Position numbers and translations under genes: made by a program | In this document: in pieces, positions 34,966 to 46,900 of the stretch | Layout: each line of letters starts with the position of its first letter | How positions within the stretch are numbered: position 1 is the first letter of the stretch | NCBI GenBank assembly: GCA_963767925.1 | Contig: CAVYGB010000010.1 | Location: 32,001 to 96,000 of the forward strand | Source: an uncultured delta proteobacterium | GTDB taxonomy: Bacteria > Myxococcota_A > Polyangia > Fen-1088 | DNA: 64,000 nucleotides | Direction: 5' to 3' | Notes under the pieces: model-generated | Told to the model about the DNA's origin: nothing | Database searches by the model: none | What the model saw: only the letters and a program-made list of their open reading frames with translations

Positions 34966-36189
34966 ATGGCGGCTTTGCGAGCATCGGTGATCCGGGACCT
35001 GGGGGGACTGGAGGCGATATCGGCAGAGTGGGAGGGTCTGCTGGAGCGGTCCGCGGCTCCGGAGATCTTTCGTACCCCCGACTGGATGTCGGTCTGGTGG
35101 CAGGTGTTCGGCGACGGCGGCCGGCAGCCCCTGGTGCTGGCTGTGCGGCAGGGTCGCACCCTGGTGGGCCTGGCCCCTTTCGTGCTGCGCGAGGTGGGAT
35201 GGGGCGGGCGCGCCCGCCTGCGGCGCCTCGAGCTGATGGGCACCGGCGAGGATCGGGCCGACGAGGTCTGCAGCTACTTCGGGGACATCCTGGCCGCTCC
35301 CGGGTTCGAGGAGACCGTGTGCGAGGGGGTGTGGCGGTTCCTGCAGGACAACCGGTCGGTGTGGGACGAGGCGGTGTTCCCCGGATTGCTGAAGAGCGCG
35401 CTGCTGGCCCGCCTGCTCCGCTCGGCGGCTCACGACAGCGGCCGGGCCACGGCGGTCAGCGGCGCCGGACGCCGCTATTTCATGGACCTCTCGCGGGGCG
35501 ACTTCGACGGCTTTCTCGCGGGGCTCTCCAAGAAGAAGATGAAGCGCTTCCAGTCGTACCGGCGGCGGCTGGAGAAGGAACAGACCTTCGAGGAGCGCAT
35601 CACCTCGCCCGAGGACGTGCCCCTGTTTCTGCGAGAGATGTCCCGGCTCAACCGCCTCCGGCACGGGAGCAAGGGGCGCTCCTCGGCCTTCGGCAGCGCG
35701 AAGTTCCGCCGCTTCCACGAGCTCCTGACGCCCCGGCTCTGGCAAAAGGGGCAGCTCGACCTGCGCATGTGGAGGCGGGAGGGACGCTGCGTGGCCGCCC
35801 TCTACCACTTCCTCTACGCGGGCACGGTCTACGGCTACCAGATCGGCTTCGACGCCGCCGCCTTCGGCAGCGTGTCGCCCGGCCTGGTCACCATCGGCCA
35901 GTCGATCGAGTGGGCCTTCGCCAGCGGCTGCCGGCGCTTCGACTTTCTCGTCTCCGGAGACGGCTCTTACAAGGAGGACTATCCCTGCCAGACCGAGGAG
36001 GTGCTCGACCTGACGATCTACAACGACACCGCCGCGGGCCGGCTCATGAACCTGGCCCGCCAGGCCCGGGGAGCCCTCCGCGACGTCCGCGCCCACCTCG
36101 AGGCGGCCCAGGCCCGGCAGGCGCCGGCCCTCCCCGCCCCCGCCCCCGCCCCCGAGGCTCCCGCGGAGCAAGCCCAGCCGGCCGCCTAG
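34966..36189 (+). CDS. GNAT family acetyltransferase (CelD/BcsL-like)
   Basis: EWEGLL...FRTPDWMSVWW, LVGLAPF, YQIGFD...SPGLV, FDFLVSG..YKE. Start 34966 preferred because ATG 34888 is too close to the -10. Confidence 0.85.
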   Translation: MAALRASVIRDLGGLEAISAEWEGLLERSAAPEIFRTPDWMSVWWQVFGDGGRQPLVLAVRQGRTLVGLAPFVLREVGWGGRARLRRLELMGTGEDRADEVCSYFGDILAAPGFEETVCEGVWRFLQDNRSVWDEAVFPGLLKSALLARLLRSAAHDSGRATAVSGAGRRYFMDLSRGDFDGFLAGLSKKKMKRFQSYRRRLEKEQTFEERITSPEDVPLFLREMSRLNRLRHGSKGRSSAFGSAKFRRFHELLTPRLWQKGQLDLRMWRREGRCVAALYHFLYAGTVYGYQIGFDAAAFGSVSPGLVTIGQSIEWAFASGCRRFDFLVSGDGSYKEDYPCQTEEVLDLTIYNDTAAGRLMNLARQARGALRDVRAHLEAAQARQAPALPAPAPAPEAPAEQAQPAA

Positions 36190-36243
36190 CGCACCAGTGC
36201 GCCCGGTCCCGGGACCCGGATCCGGTTCGATCGAGCGCCCGCT

Positions 36244-37419
36244 TCAGCGGGTGGTGATGGCGGTGAGGGCCTGGGAGATCTCGGACTCGCTGGTGACGCC
36301 CCAGAAGGTCTTCACGATGTTGCCCCCGCGATCGATGAGGACGATGTGCGGGAGGGCCACGACCTTGTACCGGCTGCCCACCTCGCCGTCCTGATCGATG
36401 ACCATCGGGTAGGGGGCGGGGTGCTCGCGCAGCACCGCCTCGACCTGTTCGGGCGTCACGGTGGATCCGTCGAAGTTGATGCCGAGGAACTCGACCCCTT
36501 CGCCCCGCCAGCGCTGATACAGCCGGTGCAGGGTCGGCATCATGTGCAAGCAGGGGGCGCACCAGGTGGCCCAGAAGTCGAGCAGGACCACCTGCCCGCG
36601 CAGCTCGGTCAAGCTGACCCCGCCTGGCTTGCCGTCGACGCGAGGGAGGGAGAACTCGGGCGCCTCGGTGCCACGGCCGAGCGGGCGGATGGCGTCGGCG
36701 TGCCGGAACACCCAGCCGGCGTTGACGAACAGGGCCGCCCCCAGCAGCCCGGCGAAGACGGTCACGGCGATGCGCGAGCGGGTCCGGGGCACCGTCGGCG
36801 GCGGGGAGCCGAAGGGGGCCGACGAGGTGGAGGCGTCGCCGGGGCCGATGCCGGCGGCGGTGATCTGACGCCCCCGGGCCTGGGCGATCCCCAGCCCCAG
36901 CACGACCGCCGCCCAGGCCAGGGCCGCCAGGCTGAAGAGCTGGTTGGCCGAGTAGGGCAGCGGGCCCAGGAAGGCCTCGTGATCGAGCGTGCGGTAGACC
37001 GCCCGCAGCGCAAAGAAGGGGACGTAGCTGACGGCGGCCAGCTCCAGATCTCGACCGGGATCGCGCCGGCCCCGGCCCGCGGCCAGGGTCAACAGGATGG
37101 CCGCCGGCAGGATCACGATGATCGCCTCGCGGACCTCGAAGCTGACAACCGCCAGGGTCTGGCGCAGCACGGTCCCGAAGGAGAGATGGGTGATGCCCAG
37201 CATCGCCCGCATCAGGTCCTCCAGGCGAAAGCAGAGGATGCCAGCGAGCACCAGCCAGCCGGCGTCGCGCACGCCGGTGGCCCGGGCCTCGACCAGGGCG
37301 AGAGCCCGGCGGGGCTCGGCCAGGATCATGCCGAGGCGGGCCGGCAAGGTGGCGTTCCATCTGGCCGGGGGCGCGTCGGGCGGCGCGGAGTCGGTGTCGG
37401 CCAGGGTCGCTTCCGGCAT
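36244..37419 (-). CDS. Multi-TM membrane domain fused to a TlpA/ResA thioredoxin
   Basis: About 5-6 hydrophobic segments, then APEFSL...LRGQVVLLDFWATWCAPC...YKVVALP. Confidence 0.88.
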   Translation of the reverse strand: MPEATLADTDSAPPDAPPARWNATLPARLGMILAEPRRALALVEARATGVRDAGWLVLAGILCFRLEDLMRAMLGITHLSFGTVLRQTLAVVSFEVREAIIVILPAAILLTLAAGRGRRDPGRDLELAAVSYVPFFALRAVYRTLDHEAFLGPLPYSANQLFSLAALAWAAVVLGLGIAQARGRQITAAGIGPGDASTSSAPFGSPPPTVPRTRSRIAVTVFAGLLGAALFVNAGWVFRHADAIRPLGRGTEAPEFSLPRVDGKPGGVSLTELRGQVVLLDFWATWCAPCLHMMPTLHRLYQRWRGEGVEFLGINFDGSTVTPEQVEAVLREHPAPYPMVIDQDGEVGSRYKVVALPHIVLIDRGGNIVKTFWGVTSESEISQALTAITTR

Positions 37420-37426
37420 CGGGCGA

Positions 37427-38632
37427 TCAGTCCTTCTTGCTGCGGTTCTGGACGAGCCGCCGGGCACCCGCGCTGAGCGCCCCCGGCACGTTCTTGGACT
37501 TGGAGACCAGCTTGAGGTCGTCGGCCTGCAAGAAAGGCAGGAACCTCAGCGAGAGGGCCAGCGGGCACTTGGGGTTCTGCACCAGGTTGAGCTTGACCTG
37601 GTAGGTCTGGGTCAGGTCCCGCTGGGCAGCAATGTAGCGGATCACGTCTTCACAGACGCTGCGGTTGCCGGCGGCGTTCACGATCTCCGAGTCGGTGATC
37701 CGGGGGGATCGAATCGCGGCGAGCGCTACCATGCGGTTGGGATCCCGGAGGAGGTTCTTGCGACAGTACGCGTTGCCCAGGGTGGCCAGCCGGATCTTCT
37801 CGTAGAGCTTGAGGCGGGTAAAATCGATGATGGGGCTCTTGCGTTTCTTGTCGTCGCCGTCGCCCCCCTCTGTCTTGGCCTTCGCCGCGCCCGGGGGGCT
37901 GTCCTTCTCCTCCTTTTCCAGGAGGTCGTCCAGCTCCAAGGGGGGCGCGGACTCGGCGGTTGCCAGCAGCGCGGCAAACCCGGTGTCGACGGCGGGATCG
38001 GTGGCGGCGACGTCCTGCGCGATCGACTTGGCGACCTCGTCGAAGCAGGGGATGCCCTCGATCCGCACCCCGTTGCGGGCGCAGAGCTCGATGGCGCGGT
38101 TGAGCGAGGACATGCGGGACTGGGTGTTGAAGTAAAGAGCTTCCAGGATGGCCGGACAGCGCAGGATGCGCGCTTCATTGGCAAACATGACCTCCAGCTC
38201 GCGCTCGCGCAATCGGCTGGCCAGCAAGATGAAGGTCTGGTCGGCGGTCCCCTGGTTGTAGAGAACCGGCTCGAGGACCTCGGTCCGGTCGGGGCCCAGG
38301 CGCTCGGCGAAGTAGTGCAGCACCTGCGCGGGCAGCCGTTCGGCCAGGGCGGGGGCCAGGATCTTGTCGGGGATGCTGGTGGGGGCGCTCGCGCTGGCGG
38401 TGCGCACCGCCCCCTCGGCGTCGAACGAGAGCTGGTAGACGGCGGTCAGCAGCTCGGCCGGCCGCAAGGGAGCGATGCCCCGGGCGGCCAGGGTCTTCAT
38501 GGCGGGGGGCGCCGCCAGCAGCTTCTGCACGGCCGGGGGGAGGGTCTCGGCCGGCAGGGGGGCCAGCACGAACGCCGACAGGGCGCTGGCCGCCGGTCCG
38601 GTTGGTGAAAGCTCAGCGCCGGTTTCGTTCAT
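37427..38632 (-). CDS. Conserved hypothetical alpha-helical repeat protein
   Basis: Protein-like 401-aa ORF with short helical repeats (LLRDPNRMVALAAIRSPRIT, LVQNPKCP); overlaps the coaX stop. Confidence 0.8.
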   Translation of the reverse strand: MNETGAELSPTGPAASALSAFVLAPLPAETLPPAVQKLLAAPPAMKTLAARGIAPLRPAELLTAVYQLSFDAEGAVRTASASAPTSIPDKILAPALAERLPAQVLHYFAERLGPDRTEVLEPVLYNQGTADQTFILLASRLRERELEVMFANEARILRCPAILEALYFNTQSRMSSLNRAIELCARNGVRIEGIPCFDEVAKSIAQDVAATDPAVDTGFAALLATAESAPPLELDDLLEKEEKDSPPGAAKAKTEGGDGDDKKRKSPIIDFTRLKLYEKIRLATLGNAYCRKNLLRDPNRMVALAAIRSPRITDSEIVNAAGNRSVCEDVIRYIAAQRDLTQTYQVKLNLVQNPKCPLALSLRFLPFLQADDLKLVSKSKNVPGALSAGARRLVQNRSKKD

Positions 38633-39380
38633 GAATGATTCGCAACCCCCCCAAGGTAAGCAGCTCGTCGCACTCGTCGATCGAGGTGGTCTCGGCCGCG
38701 ATGAGCGACGCCAGGCCCCCGGTGGCGATCACCCTCGGGGAGAAGCGCACCTCGGCCCGGATGCGGGCGATCAGCCCGTCGACCAGGGCGGCGTAGCCCA
38801 GCACCAGCCCGGCCTGCAGGCTGTTCACCGTGTTGCGGCCGATGACGCTCGGGGGGCGCCGCAGCTCCACCCGGGGCAGCTTGGCGGTGGATCCGAACAG
38901 GGCGTTGGCCCCGCTCATCAGCCCGGGGGCGATGATGCCCCCGGCGTATTGTCCCCGGTCGGTCACGACGTCGAGCTTCGTGGCGGTGCCGAAGTCGACG
39001 ACCACCGCTCCCTGGGGAAACCGGGCCTGGGCGGCCACCGCGTTGACCAGCCTGTCGCTGCCCAGCTCGCGCGGGTTGTCGTAGAGGATCGGCATGCCGA
39101 CCTCGATCCCCGGGCCGACCAGCAGCGGCGTGAGGTCGAAAAAGCGGCGAAAGAAACGTTCGGTGGGGGCGGTCGCCGCCGGGACCACCGACGATATAAT
39201 CCCCGCCGTGACCTCCGAGAAACGTAGCCCCGCGAGCTCGAACAGTCCGCGCAACATCGCCCCCAGCTCGTCCCCCGTCCGCTCCGGCCGCGTCTCGCAA
39301 CGCCAGTGGATCCGCAGGTTTTCCCCCTCGTGCAGCCCGAAGACGGTATTTGTGTTGCCGATGTCGACGGCGAGCAGCAT
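38613..39380 (-). CDS. coaX: Type III pantothenate kinase
   Basis: MLLAVDIGNTNTVFG, SSVVP, LGSDRLVN, VVDFGTATKLD, GGIIAPG, IATGG. Confidence 0.97.
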   Translation of the reverse strand: MLLAVDIGNTNTVFGLHEGENLRIHWRCETRPERTGDELGAMLRGLFELAGLRFSEVTAGIISSVVPAATAPTERFFRRFFDLTPLLVGPGIEVGMPILYDNPRELGSDRLVNAVAAQARFPQGAVVVDFGTATKLDVVTDRGQYAGGIIAPGLMSGANALFGSTAKLPRVELRRPPSVIGRNTVNSLQAGLVLGYAALVDGLIARIRAEVRFSPRVIATGGLASLIAAETTSIDECDELLTLGGLRIIHERNRR

Positions 39381-40608
39381 GCCCGCTCTATTGTATCCGG
39401 TCCTGGCGACGCTGCTGGCGACCGGCCTGGCGAGCGCGGGCTGCAACCGCAACAAGAAGCCGCCCGTCGATCCCGAGGAGGCGGGCAAGCTTCGCCGCAT
39501 CGCCCAGAACCTGGAGCAGGCTTATGCCCGGGCGCCCCTCCCACCGATGACCGAGCCGGCGGCGCTCGTCGATCGGCTCGACAAGTGGGACGACTTCCGT
39601 GCGTGCACGGTGCGGACCTACGTCGCCCGGAAGCGGGACGCCGACAAGCGCGCGCGTGAGGGCGGGTCGCGCCCCAGCCGGCACGCCAGCATCGGCGACG
39701 AGACCGTCGAGGAGTGCGCGGTCCAGATGGCGGTGGCCAAGAAGGATGCCAGCGTCTGCGAGCGGCTGGCCCTCGACTACGAGGAGCCGAGCGGGGGGAT
39801 GCCGCTGTCGGCCGTGCGCTGCCTGGACACGCGCGCCCGGGTGTTCGGCACGCCCGAGGAGTGTCCGGTGGTCTGGATGCCCGCCGACGCGCCCGCCCGC
39901 AACCCCGAGTGTCTGGCGATGGCCCTCCGCGATCGCAGCCTGTGCCCCTTCACCGACAGCCCCGGGCGCTGCCGGGCCCTGCTCACCGGCGACTCGGCGA
40001 GCTGCAACGCCCCCGACGGCGCCCCCGACTGCGCCCTGGCCCTGGAGTACTGGAAGGGCGCCATCCCCGCCCAGATGGGCCCGCCCCTGATCGACGAGGC
40101 GGCCCACAAGGACAAGCCGCTCAGCGCCAGCTTCGACCTGCGCTGGACCGGCAACGCCCACCCCCACGTGCGCATCCAGGGCCCCAAGGCGGCCACCGGC
40201 ATCTCCTGGCCGGCGGGGCGGGCCCGGCCGGCCTTCACCGAGGAGACCACGAAGTTCTGGGGCGCCGAGCTCCCCCCCGAGGCGGCCCAGGTGAGCTGGC
40301 GGATGGGGGATCCGGCCATCAAGCTGGCCTTCGCCCCCGGCGGCGCCAGCTCGGGTGTGCGGCCGCTGCTCCCCCCCTCGCCCGGGGCCCCCGCCACCTT
40401 CATCGCGGTGTGGGCGGACGATCCCGGGGCCTTCCGGCGCTGTCAGCCGGGCCCCCTCACCAAGGGGGAGGTGCGGTTCGAGGCCAGCGAGGTGCGCCCC
40501 GGCGGCATCGTCACCGGCGAGGCCCGCGCCACCAAGCTGGCCTGCTCGGACGGCACCGAGCTCGAGCTGCGGGCCACCTTCCGCCTCGTGATCCTCGATC
40601 TGCGCTGA
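39379..40608 (+). CDS. Cys-rich lipoprotein of unknown function
   Basis: MPALLYPVLATLLATGLASAGC lipobox; 12 further Cys, mostly in short helical repeats. Confidence 0.78.
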   Translation: MPALLYPVLATLLATGLASAGCNRNKKPPVDPEEAGKLRRIAQNLEQAYARAPLPPMTEPAALVDRLDKWDDFRACTVRTYVARKRDADKRAREGGSRPSRHASIGDETVEECAVQMAVAKKDASVCERLALDYEEPSGGMPLSAVRCLDTRARVFGTPEECPVVWMPADAPARNPECLAMALRDRSLCPFTDSPGRCRALLTGDSASCNAPDGAPDCALALEYWKGAIPAQMGPPLIDEAAHKDKPLSASFDLRWTGNAHPHVRIQGPKAATGISWPAGRARPAFTEETTKFWGAELPPEAAQVSWRMGDPAIKLAFAPGGASSGVRPLLPPSPGAPATFIAVWADDPGAFRRCQPGPLTKGEVRFEASEVRPGGIVTGEARATKLACSDGTELELRATFRLVILDLR

Positions 40609-40815
40609 GCGCACATCCCGGGCCAGCCCGGCGCGGCCCGCACCTTTCCGGGCATGTCGGGTTGGCCAGCACAGCGGCGGTCCCCCGGACCAACCCGGGT
40701 TTTTCCCGAGCCAGGAGCGGTGGCGGTTGCCGCCCCGGCCAGGCTAAAATGGTCCCGGGGGATCTCGTTCCCCTGGCAGCGGTACAATCACGCCCAGAAG
40801 CTCCCGCGCACGGAA

Positions 40816-42453
<1,638 letters not shown>

Positions 42454-42559
42454 GCCGACCGCCGCGCGCACGGTCGCCAGGGGCACGACGCGCCCTGCCC
42501 GCCCACATGTGATCCCGGGCGTTGCCCGGCGTTCTGGCGCGGGCGCCCGTCGACCAGCT

Positions 42560-42601
42560 CCCGACTCCAGGGGCCGGGCTCCAGGGGCCTGACTCCGGGG
42601 T
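42560..42601 (+). repeat. Three imperfect 14-bp direct repeats
   Basis: cccgactccagggg / ccgggctccagggg / cctgactccggggt. Confidence 0.6.
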
Positions 42602-42661
42602 CTCTGCTAGCCTACGTGTGTTCCATTACCGTCTCTATTTGTACAAGTCTGAGGGGGACAC

Positions 42662-43951
42662 ATGCGCAGATCGGCCTGGCTCGCGCTCGGGGTGCTGGCG
42701 GCTTCGGGGCTCGGCTGTGTGGAGCCGGTGACGGGGCAACCGCCCTACCGGGGCACCTTGCAGGTGCGGTCGCTGATGGCCCGCACCGGTCCCACCTCCG
42801 ACAACGGCGCCGAATATTACCAGGGCATCCACGACGCCATCCGCGAGACCAACGACGTCGGCGGCATCCGGGGCTACACGATCGAGGAGGTCTTCCACGA
42901 CCACGGCTACAACATCCAGAACGCCCGGGACAAATACGCCGAGTGGAAGGCCGACCCCTCCTGGCGGGACGTCCTGATGTTCTTCAGCTGGGGGACGCCC
43001 GACAGCGAGGCTTTCGCCGCTGACTCCGCCCTGGAGGGCAAACCCTTCATCTCGGGCTCGTACGCCACGACCCTGGCCACCCCCACGCCCCAGTCGCGCC
43101 AGGTGACCCTGCCCGACGGCACCCAGCAGACCTTCAGCACCACGGGCGCCCCCTTCAACTTCTTCGCCGGCACCGACTACTCCACCCAGATCCGGATCGC
43201 GATGCGCTTCATCAAGGACCGGGGGGGACGCAAGATCGCCTTCGCCTACTGCAAGATGTCCTCGTTCTGCACCCAGCCCATCCCGGCCGGCAAGACCTAC
43301 GCCGACGAGATCGGCCTGACGGTGGCGCCCGACTTCATCCCCGAGCTCAACGAGGACGAGGCCACCATCGAGGCCAACCTGCAGCGCTACGCCGCCGCCA
43401 ACCCGGACGTCGACTGGTTCTGGGTGGGTAACTCGCCCCTGACCACCATCGCCACCATCAAGGCCGCCCGCAAGCACCTGCCCAACGCCAAGCTGATCGC
43501 CAACCTCTACGGCTTCGACGAGCGCTGCGGGACCGACTGCGCCGGCAACGCCTACGTCGTGATGTCCTTCGCCGCCTTCGGCGAGAACACCCGCCCGGGC
43601 GCGGCCGAGGTGGTGCGGGTGCACGACAAGTGGCGGCGGTCCGACGGACACGAGCTCACCCGCTACGCCAACGTCCGTTACGTGCAGGGCTTCGTGAGCT
43701 TCCTGATGTTCCAGAAGGGGGTGGAGAACCTCATCAACCAGGGGATGGAGATCAACGGCCGCAACCTCAAGGAGGCGCTGGAGGGCTTCGACCGGGTCGA
43801 CGTCGGCGGCCTCACCGCGCCGATCAGCTTCAGCCCGGACGACCACCGCCCCACCGACCGAACCCGGATCTATTCCGTCAACGAGTTCGGCCGGTTCCGC
43901 TTCGAGACCGAGGTGAAGGTCACCCTCCAGAACGACTGGCTGGGCTGGTAG
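42662..43951 (+). CDS. LivJ-type (branched-chain amino acid family) substrate-binding lipoprotein
   Basis: Lipobox GLGC; TGPTSDNG, INDVGGIRG-like motif (TNDVGGIRG), SWGTPDS, DVGGLTAPISFSPDDHRP. Confidence 0.88.
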   Translation: MRRSAWLALGVLAASGLGCVEPVTGQPPYRGTLQVRSLMARTGPTSDNGAEYYQGIHDAIRETNDVGGIRGYTIEEVFHDHGYNIQNARDKYAEWKADPSWRDVLMFFSWGTPDSEAFAADSALEGKPFISGSYATTLATPTPQSRQVTLPDGTQQTFSTTGAPFNFFAGTDYSTQIRIAMRFIKDRGGRKIAFAYCKMSSFCTQPIPAGKTYADEIGLTVAPDFIPELNEDEATIEANLQRYAAANPDVDWFWVGNSPLTTIATIKAARKHLPNAKLIANLYGFDERCGTDCAGNAYVVMSFAAFGENTRPGAAEVVRVHDKWRRSDGHELTRYANVRYVQGFVSFLMFQKGVENLINQGMEINGRNLKEALEGFDRVDVGGLTAPISFSPDDHRPTDRTRIYSVNEFGRFRFETEVKVTLQNDWLGW

Positions 43952-43960
43952 CGCCCAGCG

Positions 43961-46900
43961 CTACATGCCGCTGCCCGAGAGGCTGGCGCTGACCCCGTTG
44001 GTGGGGGAGGCCGTCACCGAGAGGGCGGCCGCCTTGGCCCCCGCCGTCCGGGGCTCGAACACCACGTCGATGGCGCAGCTCCCGCCTGCCGGGAGGGTGG
44101 TGCCGGCGCACTCGTTGCGGGTGATCCGGAAGCTGGTGGCGTCGGCGCCGTCCAGGCTCACCGCCACCTGACCGGTGCCGGGGATCCCGGCGTCGTTCGA
44201 GTTCGTCACCGTGAAGGTGGTGGCCCCCGAGGTGGCGTTGAGGGCCACCCCGCCGAAAGGCCGCCCGTCGGGCGTGATGGCGAGCGCCGAGACGGCGTGG
44301 CCCCGCAGGTTCAGGGTCGAGCCGGTGGCGGCGCCCCCCACGATGAGGGTGGAGGCCAGGTTGGGCGCGGCGGCCCCCGCGGCCGGCAGGGCCTGGGGAC
44401 GGAAGAAGATCCGCACCGTGCAGGCCTCTCCCGGCGGTCCCCCCTGCAGGCCATCCTGGGTCAGGTCGAAGCAGTCGCTCGCCGTCCCCGGGTTGGTGTC
44501 GAAGCGAAAGTTGACCGAGTCGCCGAGGGTGAAGGTGGGGGCGGGGACGCGCTGACCGTTGTCGACGTTGCGCACGACCACGTCGATCGCCGTCTCCGAC
44601 CCGACCGCCTTGTTGCCGAACTCCACCGTGGTGCCCGCCCCGGCCGCGCCGCCGATGCTCACAACCTGGATCACGCTCGGCAAGACGGCGTTGGCGCTGA
44701 GGGCCACCGAGGCGCTGGCCGCCCCCGCGGTGGCGGTCAGCGTCGCGGCCCGGGCCGCGATGGCCATCGGGGTGAGCACGACGGTGACGGTGCAGGTGCC
44801 GTTGGGCGGGAGGGCCGCCGTGCAGGTGTTGTTCTCGGCCCCCGCCGGGACGGCGAACTCCGCCCCCTGGGGCCCCGCCAGGGCGATCCGGGGCCCCGCC
44901 GCGGTGGCGGCGCCCCCGGTGTTGCGGACGGTGAAGACGCGGGCAGTGGCGGCGATCCCCACCAGGGCCTCACCCCAGCTCGCCCCCTCGGGCGGGGCCT
45001 CGATGCGCAGGCCGGGCACCACCACCCGCCCCTGCACGGAGGCGGAGGCGGTCTGGGCCGCGCCGCCAGCGGGGGTGCCGACGAGCTGCACCGAGCCGGT
45101 CACGGTCCCGGCGGTCGCCGCCATGTCCGGCTGGAAGCGGGCGGTGACGGTGCACATGCCGCCAGCGGGGATGCTCGGCGCGCAGGTCTGGGCGGCGACA
45201 CTGAAGCCGGCGCCGGTGCTGGTCGCCGCGCCCGCCGCCACCGCCACCGGCACGCCGGTCTCGTTGGTGACGGTGAGGACGCGCTCGATGGGCGCCGCCA
45301 CGCCCGGGGTGGCCGCGCCGAAGTCCGAGGGGGTGGGCGCGAGGTAGATGCCGCCGACCGGCAGCCCCACCCCGGTCAGGAGCTTGTCCTGGTTGCCGGA
45401 GACCGCGCCGAAGCCGGTGGCCGACACCCGCAGGGTCCCCATCAGGTTGCCGAGCGCGGTGTTGGGCCGGAAGCGCAGCACCAGGTCACAGATCGCGCTC
45501 GCCGCCAGGGGATCGCCGGCCACGCACACCGGGTTGCCGGTGTCGGGGTTCGTGCCGGAGGCCAGGACCCGCTCGAAGTTGGTCGGGATCTCGATCTGCA
45601 GGGCCCCTGCCCCCACCCCGCCGCTGTTCTGCACCTGCACCAGGTGGGCGACGCTCACCTGGTTGACCTTCACCCCTCCGAAGTCGCGAGGGGCGTTGCC
45701 GTCCAGGTAGACCAGGGCGGCGTCGGCGCGCAGGGTGCCGCTCACTTCGGCGACCGCCGCCGTCGTGGCGGCGGCGCCGCTGGCCAGCAGGCGGGCGTAT
45801 TTCTTCCCGGCGGTGGCGCCGGCCGGCGTGATCATGGCGACCTCGACCCGGCAGCTCGCGCCCCCCGCCAGGCTCGGCGGGCAGACCGCCGCGGCGGTCG
45901 AGCTCGGCAGGAGCTGGAAGTAGGAGGGACCGTCGGCGGTCGCGCCCACCAGGCTGCTCGGCTGGAGCTGGGTCGTGAGGGCCACCGCCTCGGTGCCGCG
46001 GTTGGTGACGATGAACTCGCGCCGCGGAGGGGTGGGCTGGCTCGCGCTGGGCTGGCCGAGGACGTTGAGGCCCCCGCTGTCGAAGTCGAAGGCCCCGGGC
46101 GTGACAACCAGGGTCGACAGGCCCGTGCCGCCCAGCCGCAGCGCCAGCGAGCCGCCCGGGTTGGCGAAGGCCCGGATCACGCCGGCCCGGGCCCCGGTGG
46201 CCCCCGGCGAGAAGCGCACGTCGAAGGTGCAGCTCTCACCCGCGGCCAGCGGCCGGGGGGAGGTGTTGTCGGCCAGCAGGCAGCCGTTGCGGCTGACGGC
46301 GAAGTCGCCGCCTGCCTGGGTCGTGTCGAGCTGGATGCCGCCGGTGGTCGGCCGGTCGGCAGCGTTGGAGACCCGGAACATCTGGGTGGCCCCCGCCGAG
46401 CCCACGGGCACCGTGCCGAAGTCGTGGGTGGCCGGATCGACCCCGATCTGGGCCGCCGGGGTGGCGGTGCCCGAGATGGCCACCGCGGAGGTCTCGGTCT
46501 GGTTGGCTCCGGCCACCATGAAGGTCCCGGTGGCGGTGAGGGTGGTGGCCTTGGCCCCGGGGGTGGTCGGGATGAACCGGACCGTGACCGCGCAGGTCGC
46601 GCCCGCCGCGGGTGGGCTGGTCGCGCAGGTGTCCGAGGCGACGACGTAGTCGGTGCTGCCGGCCAGGCTGACCGCGACGGCGGTCATCGGGAGGGGGCCC
46701 CGGTTGGCCAGCTCGAACACCTGGTCGGTGGTGCTGCCCGCCGGCCGGTCTCCGAAGTTGTGAGGCCGCGGCGAGAACTGCAGGGGTCCGGTACCGGTCC
46801 CGGTCAACGCCACCCGGGTGCTGACCCCATCCGAGGTTGTGACCACCAGGCTGCCGGCCTTGGGGCCCGCCGACTGCGGCTGGAAGCGCACCCGGATGGT

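Noticed and set aside
33664..36257. 835-aa and 516-aa ORFs over the kinase/GNAT pair
   Set aside because: Alternative-frame or antisense products rich in R/P/G/A, with no motifs
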